A stretch of 64,000 bases of DNA from assembly GCA_004431415.1 (NCBI GenBank), contig QPMI01000649.1:1-64000 (forward strand), read 5' to 3'. A program made the translations under genes and the position numbers. The stretch comes from Cyanophora paradoxa CCMP329 (lineage: Eukaryota > Plantae > Glaucophyta). Shown here one piece after another: positions 21,801 to 34,500 of this stretch. How positions within the stretch are numbered: position 1 is the first letter of the stretch; the number at the start of each line of letters is the position of its first letter. The notes under the pieces are model-generated. The model made no database searches. It was not told the DNA's origin and worked only from the letters and a program-made list of their open reading frames with translations.

Positions 21801-24800
21801 CCGTCGTCCGCCAGCTCGGGTTCGAGTCCCGCGCCGCCCCGTTTCGGATTCGCTTCTAACGTCGTGCGCAGGTTCGACGAGCAGGCTCTACCCCTCCTCC
21901 GACGCGCCATCGAGGCGCCCTCTTTGATGCTTAAAGTCGATTGCGTACCCGGCCTGATTCGCGTACCCAGATCCAGAAGGGCCTCCCCGGCCCCCAGGAG
22001 GAGGCCCTCGCCTGGATCTACCGCGAGATCGGTGCCCCGTACCCCCCTCGCCCTCCCAATCTCGTACCCCTTTCGACGCCTCCGCAGCGAACGCGCTGGA
22101 GGGCGTCGACGACCTCGCGGAGGTCCGCGCACCCGGCTCGAACCCCGGCTGGGCCCTTTCTCACTTGGCTTTCGGCGCAGGCGGAGCAGTACTACCGACT
22201 GGCCCTCGAGGCGCGCCCCCTACCCCTCCCCCAAAATCCGCCCTCCTTTTCCCTCGATCTCACCCTCGCCCCAGGCGCGGCGCGTGGCGCTGGGGGCGGA
22301 CCACATCGACACGGCCGACGTCGGCGCTCCTCCCCCCCTCCCTCCCCCCTCCCTTCCCTCCCCCCCCCCCCCCCCCCCCCAATCCTTCTCGGGCAGGCGA
22401 TGAACAACCTGGGGACGGCGCTGCACCGGCCGGGCGTCTCCACGGACAAGGAGGTCCAGGTGCGAGCGTGCGGGCGGGCGAGCGGGCGAGCGAGCGAGCG
22501 GCGGGATGGAAAGGGAGGACGAAGCGGGGCCGCGTGCGAGCGGGGGCGCGCGGGCGTGCAGGAGGGGAGGTACGCGGAGGCGGAGGGCCTCTTCCACGCC
22601 GCCATCGCCGTCCTCGAGCGCGTGCGCCCGCCCCGCCCCGCCCCCCCCCCCCCCCCCCCTCATTTACTACTCTCCGGCCTTCATGTTGAATTTGATCCCC
22701 GCTCCCCGCGCCGCGCCGCCCCGCGCCGCCCCGCCCCTTCTTAACTACTCCCGCTCTCTGTCTGGCATGCCTGCCTCTTGCTTTACTTCTTCACCCCGCC
22801 CCGCCCCGCCCCGCCCCGCCCCGCCCCTTCCCAGCTCTCTTCTTTACTGCTATCTGATCTCTACTCTCTGATCTGGCAGCACCTGGGGCCCAACCACCCC
22901 AAGACCGCCACCGTGTACGGCCCCCGGCCCCGGCCCCGCCCCCGCCCCGCTCAGATCCGATCTGATCCGATCGCGCCCGGTGCGGCCCCAGGTACGCGAA
23001 CCTGGGCTTCCTCTTCGACTCCCGCAACGCCCCCGAGGTACGCGGGAGCGCCCCGTGCTGCCTGGCGGGCTGGCTTGGCTCGAGCCCCGCGTAGGCCTTC
23101 CTAGCTCGCTGTTCGCTAGCTCGGGTCCCCGAGACGCCGCCGCCGCCGCTGAGCCTCGCCTCGCCTCGCCTCGCCTCGCCTCGCTGAGCCCGGCGGGCCG
23201 GGCAGACGGCGGTGGGGTACACGGAGCGGGCGATGGCGGCGATGGAGGCCGCCCACGGGCCCGACTGCCTCGAGGCCCGTACCCCCCCGCCCTTCCCGCC
23301 CCAAAGCTGAAGCTAGGCCCTTGAGGGCGGGCGCAGGTGGGGATCGCGAGCAACAACCTGGCGACGACGTACGCGGCTCTGGGGCGCCTGGCCGAGGGCC
23401 TCGCCGCCGCCCGCCGCGCCGAGCCCGTCCGCCGCCCTCGCCCGCCCCCGCTCAGCTGAGCTCCCTCAGCTTAGCTTCGCGCAGATCTTCCGGCGCTTCT
23501 TCGGGGAGACGCACATCAACGCCGCCTACGTCCTCTGCCAGATGGCCCGCCCCGCCCTTCTTCTCGTTCGAGCGCGCCGCCGCCGCGCGCCGAGGCCGAT
23601 GCGCTGGCGCTGGGGGCGGCAGGGGCGGCTGCTGCTGCAGGTGGACCCGCCGCGCCCCGAGGAGGCCGCCGCCCGCCTCGCCGAGGCCGTCGCCATCCAG
23701 AAGTGCGCGCGACCAAAGGGGCCTCCGATCCCTGCGCAAGTGCATGGGGCGCTCTTGCTTTCGATAGGTCCTAGAGGGCATCCTTGGAGCGCCCCCCTCC
23801 CTCCCTCTCCTTTCGCATCCGCCCGCATCGCCATCGCCCGCCCTCGCTCTGCATGGATCCAAGAGGCGCCGCTTCCTTCTCGCGGTGCCCCTGATCCTGA
23901 CGACGGCGCGCCCCGCGCGCGCCGCGGCAGGCTGAGGAAGGGCCAGTACCACTTCGACACCGGTCCGCCCCGCCCCTGTTCGATCCGATCCAATTCGATC
24001 CGAGCGGCCGTATGCACATGCACAGGGAACGGGGTGTGCCAGCAGGCGCAGGCGCTGGCGCACGCTGGTCGCCGCCACGAGGCCGACCGCCTCCTCATCG
24101 ACTACCTCCAGGCCGCCGCCGTCCGCCCCGCCCGCCCCGCCCGCCCCGCCCCGCCCCAAGGACCCGCCCGTCCCCGCCCGCACCCCGCGCCCCGCCCGCC
24201 CTGCGCCGCGGCGCTCCCCTCTCCCTCCCCTCCCTCCATCGCCTCCCGCCTCGAGCGTCCCCTCGCCCCGCCGGCCCCGCCCCCTCCCCTCCCTCCCCAT
24301 CCCCGCACCGGCCCCCCCCTTCCCACCCCCCCCCCCCCCCCCCCCCCCTCATCGCCCCGCACACAGACGTCGGAGGAGAAGGCCACAGCGAACTTTACCT
24401 TCGGCCGCTTCCTCTACGAGATTGTCCGTCCCGCCCCGCCCCGCCCCGCCCCGCCGGGCCGCGCCGGGCCGCCTCTGCCGCTGAGCTCACGCCTGCGCGC
24501 AGGGGGAGGCGGACCACGCGCACCTGTACGCGGTGGAGGCGCTGCGGCTGCGGAGGGCCCTCGGGACGGCCGGCATGGCCATGCAGCAGGCGCGCCCTCA
24601 ACCGCCCCGCCCCGCCCCCCCCCTCGCCTGCCTCTAGATCTAGATCTACAATTCCGCTTCTCATGATCAGATGATGTTTATAATTAGAATAAGCGCGCGC
24701 GCCTCGCCTTCCTCCTTTGCCTCGAGTCCCGCCCCGCCCCGCCCCGACCCCTCGCCCCGCGGCTCAGATCTGAGCGCGCCGCGCCCCCCCTTCAGGCGCA

Positions 24801-24910
24801 GGACCTCTACGACTTCAGCAAGCCCGGGGCTTCGAATTCGGGGAGCGCCCCGCCCTAGGCCCGAGCGGCCCTCCGCCTCGCTGGAGGATGTACCCGTGCA
24901 GAAATTTTAA
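18880..24910 (+). CDS. F-box + NACHT-type NTPase + TPR repeat protein (nephrocystin-3-like), many short introns
   Basis: F-box LPIELWEKIVSYLD...VSAVCTYFR, Walker A CVTGDSGCGKS and Walker B VVLVLDALDQ. TPRs include AEQYYRLALEARRVALGADH, AMNNLG and HLGPNHPKTATVYANLG. Boundaries are approximate. Confidence 0.75.
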
Positions 24911-25384
24911 ATGTCGTAGTATTAATATTCGTCGGATTCGCGGCCATATGCATGCATTGGGGGCGCCCCGTCCCGGGCCCGTGTGGGCCCGCTACGGATA
25001 GAGAGCAGACGTGGACTTCGGGAGCTGGATTGATGTGGATCTATAGATCTAGATGTATACGTAGTTCGGATCGGAGCCCAAGAGCAGGCCTGGCTTGCGC
25101 AAGCTTAAGAAAATGCACGTTGCAAAATTGTGTCAGTTATTGAAATGATTATAAGTGTGTATATATATATATATCATGTATGTACAAGGACAGTATTCAT
25201 CTGAAGAGGATTCGATGCCTTGGAATGCAGTTACAGCAAGCCCGAAACCCTAATTATATAAGCTACGTTATCACTGAATCGAAAACACGAATACATTATC
25301 TCAAAAATCATTATTTGTAATTAGTATCTAATCATACGTATGTCACGGTACACCTAGACCTAAATCTACTGCAAGTCTGCGGTC

Positions 25385-25805
25385 TACAGGCCGACCTTGG
25401 GCCGTGGGATAAAGAGGAAAGGGTACGCCGTGGATACGCAGCAGAGGAAGGCGGAGAGGGCGCCCCCGCGGACGCAGCCGTCGGCCACGCGGCCCAGCAC
25501 CGCGTCCTCCTCGCCGATCGCGATCGCGAAGACCGCTTCGCGGTGGGACTGCGCCAGCCGGATGCCCTGCGGAGTCTAGGGCGTCAAATGAAGCCCGGGG
25601 CATGAAAGTGGAGGAATTCGAAGAGCGCGCCATGAGTGCGGCGGTGGGGTCGGGCAGCTCCCACGAGGGCGCGTCGGGCTCCTCGGGGCCGTCGCTGCAC
25701 TCAGATCTAGAAGCGGAGCTGTGGCTGGGGCTCGGAGGCAGGGCGGCGCCGCCGGTGGGCCGGGACGCGGCAACCGGCGAGAAAGCGCTCTTGGCCGTGG
25801 ACATT
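25385..25805 (-). CDS. Possible small two-exon hypothetical protein
   Basis: MSTAKSAF...AALM spliced by a putative GC-AG intron to GIRLAQSHREAVFAIAIGEEDAVLGR...PKVGL*. No homology recognised. Confidence 0.3.
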
Positions 25806-27043
25806 CTGACCCGCGCAAGCAAGGGCGGATCAGGTTTGATCGGTACAGCCAGACCGTCGGACCGCGCGCGAGGGCCCGGGCCGACGCATGCGCACGGGTC
25901 GCGGAGCCGACAGGCCTCACGAGGAGCTCCCATCCGGCGCTCGACAAAGAGGCGACGGTCGGAGCACGTGCACAATTGAGATTGCTGGTTGCCGCATGCG
26001 TGGGCGCATGCGCAGCTGCAGGTTCCGATTGCGGCGTTTTCATTCTTCATGGCGAGCTCCCAAAAGGAGCGAGCTGATGTTTTGCCGCCGCCGCCCATCT
26101 TCGGACTGAACGAGGGCGGAGCGGCGCGCGGGGCGGGCCGTACGTATACGCGTGGAGCCGATCTCTAGCTATAGCTAGCGCTAGCGCTTAGCACTATGTA
26201 CTATAGCTAGCTAAGGCGGCTGGAGATGTTTTTGATGCGTGCAGGTTTGCGCTGTTGGTCGATCACAGCTGTGGCTGCTCCTGGTGTCGGATATCGATGC
26301 GCATGCCTAGTCTCGGATCGCATCGCGATAACCCGAAGTTCGAACGCGATCGAAGGCTGTCGACGCGTACGCATGTCGTCGCTGCTGGCGTCGTCTTTTA
26401 TGCTTGCGTGCGGCGTGCCCGAATTGTCGAGGCTGTCGAGTGCCTGTCGTCATTCTGCGGGTACATTGTTTCTGCGCAGATTTTGGGGTACACGTGGTCG
26501 AGGGGGGGTGGAGGGAGGGGGATCGACTTTCGGTGGCTCCGACTCGCTTTCAATCGCCATAGTGCCGGCGGGCCTGCCCATGTGACCGCTGGCCGGGCCT
26601 GGCCCGCGCCGGGATTTCAAACGCCGCTGGGCCACCTGCGGTCACGGGACCGCACGGGTCATTCAGGTCGGCGTCAGGCCGCCCGCGTCACCGTGCGCGT
26701 GGTACTTACTTAAGTTAGGACTTTCCGGGGCGGGCCCGGCCGCGGGCCGCGGCGGCGGCGCGGGTCGGCGCGCAGTCTCAGAGCTCGAGAGTCTCGCCGA
26801 GTCGCGGCAGCTGCTCCCTGCCGGGCCGCCCGAGCCCGGCGAGGGCCGAGTTCCGCTGCTCCTGCGCATGCCAGGCTGCTTGAGGTTGTGAGTCGTGACT
26901 CGTGACCAGCTGCAGGCCGCGGCAGCTAACAGCGCTCTTCAAGGCTTGGATCCTAGAAGCAGCAGCTCTTATCGACATCGGTGTCAGCGATCGTCCTCGG
27001 CAGCATCAACAGAAGCAGAACTGAGAAGAACCAGAAGCGACCG

Positions 27044-28812
27044 ATGGGCATCTTCCAGCACCTCTCCTGCGCGGCCGGCCGGAGGCCGAAGCGCGTCTCG
27101 CCGACGCCCGACCCGGAGGAGGACGCGCAGGCGAGCCGCGCCGCCGCCGAGGTCCTCGGCCTGACGGAGACCCTGCTCACGGCTTTGGAGCCGCGCGGCC
27201 AGAGCGTCTGGCGGCCGACTTTCACCGCCGCCGCCCCGCCGAGCCCGCCGCCGCGGCCGTCGGCGGGCGACGAGCGCGGCGCGCCGATGAGCGCGGCGGC
27301 GGCGGCGCGGATCGCGGAGCTGGCGCCGCAGGTCGAGCGGCTGCGGATGCAGATTCACTTCCAGGCCCTCGAGGAGGAGGAGGAGGACGGCGAGCTCGAC
27401 GAGCCGGCGCCGCTCGTGAGCCCCCTCTCGCAGTCCCAGTCCTCCTCGCCCCGCACCAGCTGGACCTCCTGCTCCTCCTCCTCCTCCTCCTCCTCCTCCC
27501 TCTGCGGCTCCTCCTCGGCCGGCTCGCCCGCCTCGCCCGCCTCGCCGATCGCGCACCCGAAGCCCGCCGCGCCGTCCGCCGGCCCCGCGATTCTGAATTT
27601 CCTGAAATCCCTCGGCGGCGGGTCCCGGACGCCGCCCGAGCCTTCCCCCTCCTCCGCCTCCGCCTCGCCCAAGCCAGAGCCCCTCTCGTCCCTGACGATG
27701 CAGTCGGGCCGCTCCTTCGCCCGCTGCCTGCGGCGCCGCCTCGCCTCCTCGCCCTCCATCGCCGCCCTGATCGACCAGGTGCGCCCAGCAGCGCAAGTCG
27801 TACTCGTTAAAATGGTTGTACATGTTTGCTTACAACGCCTCGCGGCTACAGGTCTGGGCCGCCGTTCACGCCCCCCGGGCCAGCGGAGCGTCCGAGCCCG
27901 ACCACCTCTGCTACGACCGCTACACAAGGTCGGCGCTTCTCCCTACCTACCCTCCAACCTTCGAGATCCCACCTCGCCTCGTCGTTGACCTTGGACGCAG
28001 GTCGCACCTGATGATCCAGCGCGTCCTCACGCACTCGGCGCACGAGTACAACGCCCTCGCGGCGCTGGCGAAGGCCAAGCGGGACTGGGAGGTCGACCGC
28101 CAGGGGGCGCCCCACGTCTCCCGCGACCGCTTCGCCGAGAGCCTCGTCAAGGTCCGCTCAGATCCGATCCGATCTGATCCGACGAGATCCGGATCTGATG
28201 TCGATCTGACGCGCGCCCTTGCTCGCGGCAGATCTGCGCGTCGCACGTGGTGGCCGACCGGATCGACGCCCCGGCCTCGCCCGCCGCCCTCGAGGGCGTC
28301 CTCCAGTCCCACTCCCTCCGGTGCGCGCGGCCGTCTCTTAAACTGTAAATGAGAGCTCTGGATCTGGAGCGCCTTCGACGTCTGACTGGAAGCCGCCGCA
28401 GGGCGCTGGACTTTCTCCGGAGCCTCTCCGAGGCCCTCACGGTCCACGACCCCTCGCTCGGCTGCCGCCGCCTCCGCTCCTCCTCCGGTGCCCGCGCCTC
28501 CCGCCCGCCCGGCCCGCTGCTGCTACGCCCGGCCGCGAGCTCACCGACCGCCGATCGATCGCAGAGGTGACGCCCGAGTCGCTGGTCGCGATCTCGCTCT
28601 CCTCCGCACCCCTCTTCTCGGGCCCGACGGCGGGCCCGGTGCTGCCTTCGCCCCACAAGCCCAAGGCACCCCTCATGACCACCGCCCTCGAGAAGGCCCT
28701 CCGCGAGCTCTACACGACGCCCCCCGCGCAGCCGCCGGCGCAGCCGCAGCCGCGGCCGGAGCCGCGGCCCCGGGGGCGCAGCGCCTCGCGGGTCCTGCCC
28801 CCCCTCCGATGA
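27044..28812 (+). CDS. Host hypothetical protein, distant member of the same family as 16532-18343
   Basis: ALIDQ/VWAAVH, LCYDRYTR/SHLMIQRVL and AKRDWEVDRQGAPHVSRDRFAESLVK, joined by short GT-AG introns. Confidence 0.65.
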
Positions 28813-29725
28813 TGGCCAGTGGCGCCTGATACGATCGCGAGCCCCGTGCCTGGGGCTCGCCAGTTTTGACCTCGAATCTCCAGCCAGCTCGGTTTCCTCG
28901 CCTAGATATTGATGTTGCTTGCATCTCTCTATCTGTACAGCGTCGGTATCGCTATCCAGCCGGGACTCGCCCGATCTTCGCCAATTTTGTTCTTGAATTG
29001 CCCTCGAGTTTGATCTGATATCGGTCCGGCAATTTCGCTTTCCCTAGATGTAGCTGTTGCTTGCTTATTTATATCTCTATCGATATCCGGATCCGCAGTT
29101 GTACAGCATCGCTGTCGCTATTGATATCATGCATATTTGCGTGTATTGGTGGGTTTTCGCGTGCTCTTTGAACCAGAAATACAACGATTTCGAAACGAGA
29201 GACGGCATTTGCTTTTGATGGGCATGCCTCGGCTACCGCTTCGAATTCGGGCGGCGCGCGCGCGGGCTCAGCGGCTTGCGGCAAGGGCCAGGCCTGCGGC
29301 AGGGCCAGCGGCTGGCCACGGAGATGGTCAACCCGGCCTTGGTCTCGCGAGCGTCGTCGCTCCAAATTGTACTACGGTACATGTACTGAAGCACGTGCCC
29401 CTTCGAACTTTTGGAATTCTCTTAAGCTTCGAATTCCCCGGGGGGGGGGGGGGGGGGGGGGCCTTCCCTTCCAAGGACCTAGCTGGCCTCTAGACCTCAT
29501 AATCATGATCATATATATGCATGATCACTAGTAGCTATATCTTGCAGGGCCTAGCTAGCTATAGGGTGTCATGGCCATGGCATGCCATGATGCATGCGCA
29601 TGATCCTTGCAATCAACTCATGAATCAGTGACTGACTGATCATGAATGATTCGTGAAACCAACTAAGATCATCATAACGATCATGGTAATCATTGAAAAC
29701 CAAAAACATGAATCTTGATCACGAT

Positions 29726-32700
29726 TCAAGGCATCAGCGAGGGGCGCGGTTGAAGCCGAAGGGATCGTAGGGGCGCGTGGGGCGGGCGCCCGGGCCTCCA
29801 GGGGGCAGGTAGGGTCGGGCGGGGCGGGGCGCGGGAGCAGGAAACTGAGGAGGAGGGAGCTCGAGGGCATGCGCGGCGGCGGGGGTCAGGGCGGATCCGG
29901 ACCCCGGGGCGGCGGAGGCCGCCGTCGAATTCGAACCTGCGGGCCCCGCGGCCGGGGCGGGAGATGTCGGGGGCGGCCCCGGAAAGAGGGGCGGGGAGTA
30001 GGGCAGGGGGCGCGGGCGCGGGTGCGGGGCCGCGGGGGCGTGCAATTGGGAGAGCGGTTGGGGCGCGCTCGCGATCGGGGGCGGGGTCGGTGGGGGGCCG
30101 AGCTCGAGGGGGACGGAACCGGAAGGCAGATAGGGCGGAGCAGCGGGGCCGGCGCCGGCGATCGCAAGGAGAAGGGGCCGGGGTGCCGCCGGCCGCAGAG
30201 GCCCCGAGCCCGAGCCCGAGGCCGAGCCCGAGCCCGAGGCGGCGAGAGGAAGGGGCGCGGGCGAGGGGGCTCGCGGCGGGGGCCACGGCGCGACCGCGAC
30301 TGGCCGCGGGCCGCCGGCGACCGCGGGGGGCGGGTACGGGTCCGGGCGTCCGGGGCGAAGGGTAGCGGCCGGGGCAGAGGCGGAGGGGGCCCCGGCGCCG
30401 AAGCTCAGGGAAGGGTCCCCTTCCGCTGCCGCTGGCCAAGGGAGGGGGTTGGGAGCGGCTTGGGCGGGGGCCGGAGCTGCGGGAACAGGCACAGCAGCCG
30501 CCGCCGGCGGAGCGGAGGCGGGGCGGGGGCGGCGGGTGTGCTGGCGGGGGTCCAGACCCGCCGCTCTGTCCAGCCCCTGCCCCCGCCGCGGCCGAGGCCG
30601 CGGCGCCGGCCGCGCTGGCCGCGGCGAGGTCGAAGGGGGCGCGGCACTCGGGGCACCCGTTCTCCAGCGCGAGCGGCGTCGCCCGCCACGTCGCGATGCA
30701 CGCCGAGTGGAACCGGTCTGCAGGAGAAATCGAAGGCGTTAGTAGGTAGAAGGCAGAGGTCTAGAGCTCGTAGAAAGCTTCGCACGGGTGCAGGGGAGGG
30801 AGAGGGAGAGGGGGTCGGCGGAGGGCGCCGGCTCCAGGCAGATCGAGCAGACGAAGTCGGCGTCCTCTGGGGCGGGGCCAGCGGGCGGCGCCGGCGCCGG
30901 CGCGGGGCCAGGGGGCGCGCTTCTGCGCGAATCGGTGGGCAAACAGGGCCTAGGCTAGGCCTAGGCTTCCTTCGAAGCCGCGCACCGGCTTCCTTCGCAG
31001 TTAGAATTAGATGCGGGTCCGCGGGCGTCGTACGCGTCGTCGTCGGGGCTCGGGCTCGAGCTCGCCGTTGAGCGGCCCTCGAGGCCGCGACCGGCTGCGG
31101 CCACCGGCGCCGCCGGCGCCGCGGGTCCGGGGCTCGAGGCCGAGCTCGCGGGGCCCCCTCCCCCCTCGTCCCCGACGCCCCCTGCGCCGCCCGCGCGCGC
31201 CGGCGTCGCTTCCCCTCCAGCTCCGCGGCCGCCGCTTCTTCTTCCCCCTCCCCCGCTCCTCCTCCTCCTCGCGCCGCCCCGGGCCCCGCTCCTCCCTGTC
31301 GCGCTCCTGCCGCTCCTCCGCGGCCCGCCGGCGCGCCTCCGCTGCCGCCGCCGCCGCGGCCGCCGACTCCGCCTTCTCCCGCTCCTGCCGGACCCTGGCG
31401 CCGCCGCAGCCGCTCAGAGGGGGCGGGCCCAGAGCTCGAGGGCGAGGTGGGGGCGCGCCTGGCGAGCAGCTGGCCGTGGGGGCGTGAGCCGGCGCTGGGG
31501 CTCGAGCTCGACCCCGCGAGCTCGAGCTCGCGCTCCCAGGCCCCCGCCTCCCGCACGGCCGCCTCCAGCTGCCCCGCCCCCGCCATGCACTCTGCACTAA
31601 GATCAAATTCTGGGATTGCGCGCGAGGCCTATAGCCTGAAGAGCTGCGCACGGATTCGGAGCAGGCGCGCCTCGGCGTCCCCTGGTGACCTCTGCGCATG
31701 CGTGAGCGCGGCGCCGAAATTCAGGACTCGAAATCAAATCAAAATCAAAATTGAAGGGCACCCTGAGCAAGGCGTCGAGGAGGGGGCGCGCCTCGGCCCA
31801 GTTCGCCCTCTGCATCCGCCTGAGAGCGGCCCTCTGCTCGAACGTATACGGAACACGGTTAATTTATCAGTTCAACGGTTGTGGTTTGGTCGTCAGATTT
31901 TATAATGAGCGAGAATAGCGACTCGCCCGGTCGGCGGCGTCTTGTTTCGCCCGCTCGGCGCGCTCCGCCTCCTCCCGCGCCCGCCGGCGCTCCGCCTCCG
32001 CCGCCTTCCGCCCCTCCAGCGCCCGCCGCCGCTCCTCCAGCTTGCCCGAGAGCCGCTCCCTCCGTTGCCCGCGGAGTTCACCGGTACCGTGATCCAGTCG
32101 CTGTGTTGCTTTCAATCGAATCCGAGGCTTAAATATCTGCACTCATGAGCTCATGATCATACCTTCATGAGCTCCTGAGCCGGGCGCTCCTTGAATCGGA
32201 TCCGAATGTCGACGTCGCGGTCCATTAGCATTCGCTCACTTTCACTTGGCTGAGTGCAGAGAGACAGGTCTAGAGACAATACGGAGCCATTCTGCAGATG
32301 CTGCACAAACGGAATTCGAAGGGCCATGTGAGCTTGATGAACGCACTGATCATGATCTATCTCCTAATCAGAAGCTTTTCTAATAAGCGGCTCTTACCTC
32401 AATAAGCTTGTCTAAGCTCATGCCGCCAGTCGACAATCCACTGGGCATCCTCCCAGCCTTTTTTATAAAAGCGCAAAGTTTCTGAATTCGAAGGAAGATA
32501 CGAACAGTTAAACTTGCAATATGAATTTCGAACACTTAGCAAGCTTCAATCATCACTTAAGCTTGCATGTGCTCACCCGAGAAAAGAAGGCGGCAAATTC
32601 GCGATCGTCGATATTGTCGTTCGCGATCGCCAGCACGAGCACGTACCCGTACAGCTGCTCGAAATACTTTTCTGTGTCCTCGTGGACTAGCCCGTTGGCC

Positions 32701-34500
32701 TCCTCTCGCACAACAAAAGCCCGCTGCAACTGGCATCGGCGACGATAGTGAATTACGCAATTGAGAATGCGTGTAGCGCACGCGGGTAAGCGTTGTTGCC
32801 TCCTTCAAGCGTTTCAGCTTCGCGCAGACTTGCCCCAGATAGCAAAAGGCGATTGCAAGATTGTCGACGTAGTCTGGGCTGTTGACGACATTTTCTCTCT
32901 TCTCTGCTTCGAGTAGCTGCAGCGCCCTCTATTCGATTGCGCATATGTAATTTGAATATGCATAATTTGTCAGTGATACGGTCGGTGATTACGGGGAAAA
33001 TCAATAAATCCAATTAAAGTCTTACCCTGAAGTACGATTCGACTCTGTGGAGATTATAATTGTGATCAGAAGTACTCGTCATTAAATTGATTGTGGTGAT
33101 GGCAAGCTGATTCAACGCTATGGCTCTGGAAACGGTTTTGCGCTTGCAGACTTTGCAAGTGGAATCTTGCTCGAAAGCGTCAGCGTGCAACTTCGACTCT
33201 GTGGAGAGTGTAACTGTTATCGACTCTGTGGAGAGTGTAACTGTTATCAGAAGTAATAGCCATTCCTTTAAGGATAATGAGGCCAAGCTTATTCATCGTT
33301 ATGGCTCTGAAAACAGTGTTGTCCTTGCAGAGTTTGCAAGTGAAATCTCGCTCGAAAGCTTCCGCGTGCAACTGTACATGTGCCGCGTTTGTCATGCACA
33401 CGCGATTTTCACAAATCCAAGCACCTTCAGAATTTTCCGCGCCACCTTGAAGTCCCCTGTGTCCTCGTACATTTTCGCGAGGCTGTAGAGCCATGAAGCG
33501 CGAGATATCAGACAGCAGCGCCGATATTCTCCGATATTGGCGCCGTTTTCTGTTGCACACTGCGTACCGTAGCAACATGTACATAAGTGCATGCGCATGC
33601 ATATGCATGCATATGCACAGGATGCAAGTACCTGCAAGTACTTCCACGCGTCCTCTCGTTCTCTGAGCTTCACGCATGTGAATGCGAGGTTCCAGAGCGC
33701 CGCGGCGACGGATTTGTGCTCAAACCCATACTTCGCGATCCTTGTCCAGATGTCTAATGCTGCCTGTGGAACGATATCGATATTAATATTATTCCTGCGT
33801 ATCATATTTTAAGCCTCACTATACAAATATGCAAGCACCATAAAGCCCTTCTTGGCGGCTGCATAATGCTTTGCTTCGAAGCATATCGAACCATAGCCCT
33901 GCGCGTGCCATCCAAGGTTCCCCGGAGTGGAGGCGCCCAGCAGCTCGTCGCGCCGTCTCTCGTCCAGGAGGCGGGGCACAAGGAACCGCTGCGCCGTGCA
34001 TGTTTAATAAATTCGCCAGACATTGCCCACGCCTTGAAGTGTAAAGCCTTGATTAATTATAATTTGATTGCAGGCACCTGGTACATCTCGATGACCTCCG
34101 GGTCCGAGAAGTTGAAAAACTCGGTGAAACGAAGCGCATACGTGATAGCAGCCAGACTCTGCTCGCCTCTCTTGGCGACAAGATCCTCGATCTCGTTCTG
34201 AGCGGTGCACGCGCGCGAGTAATCATGATCATGATCATACTAGCTCAATAAATACGAAGCATGTCGACGACAACGGACCCGTCTTTGTGCTACGAAGTTG
34301 CTGGTCCTCCTTAGGAGTCGGTTTTCGAGTTTAATTCTTAAACTTTCCACGGTCACCTCCAGGTGCTTGATAAACTCGGTGCAAAAGCCGGCTGTCGCCG
34401 GCCCGGCCGGCGAGCGCGCCGTCTCGCATTTTTGGCATTTGCATTGATATTCGTTTTTGCACGCCCAAGGCTCCAGATCGGGACTGCATGCATATTCCAT
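29726..34500 (-). CDS. Multi-exon protein(s) with TPR-like helices, coiled coil and a RING-H2 finger (probable E3 ligase); may be more than one gene
   Basis: Splicing out 30718-30785 gives CSICLEPAPSADPLSLSLPCTHRFHSACIATWRATPLALENGCPECR (30644-30849). Upstream are E/R/A-rich exons and TPR-like HKSVAAALWNLA and WLYSLAKMYEDTGDF. The ends are uncertain. Confidence 0.55.

Noticed and set aside
25245-25253. AAACCCTAA telobox or telomeric seed
   Set aside because: It is a single copy between convergent 3' ends and is expected by chance.
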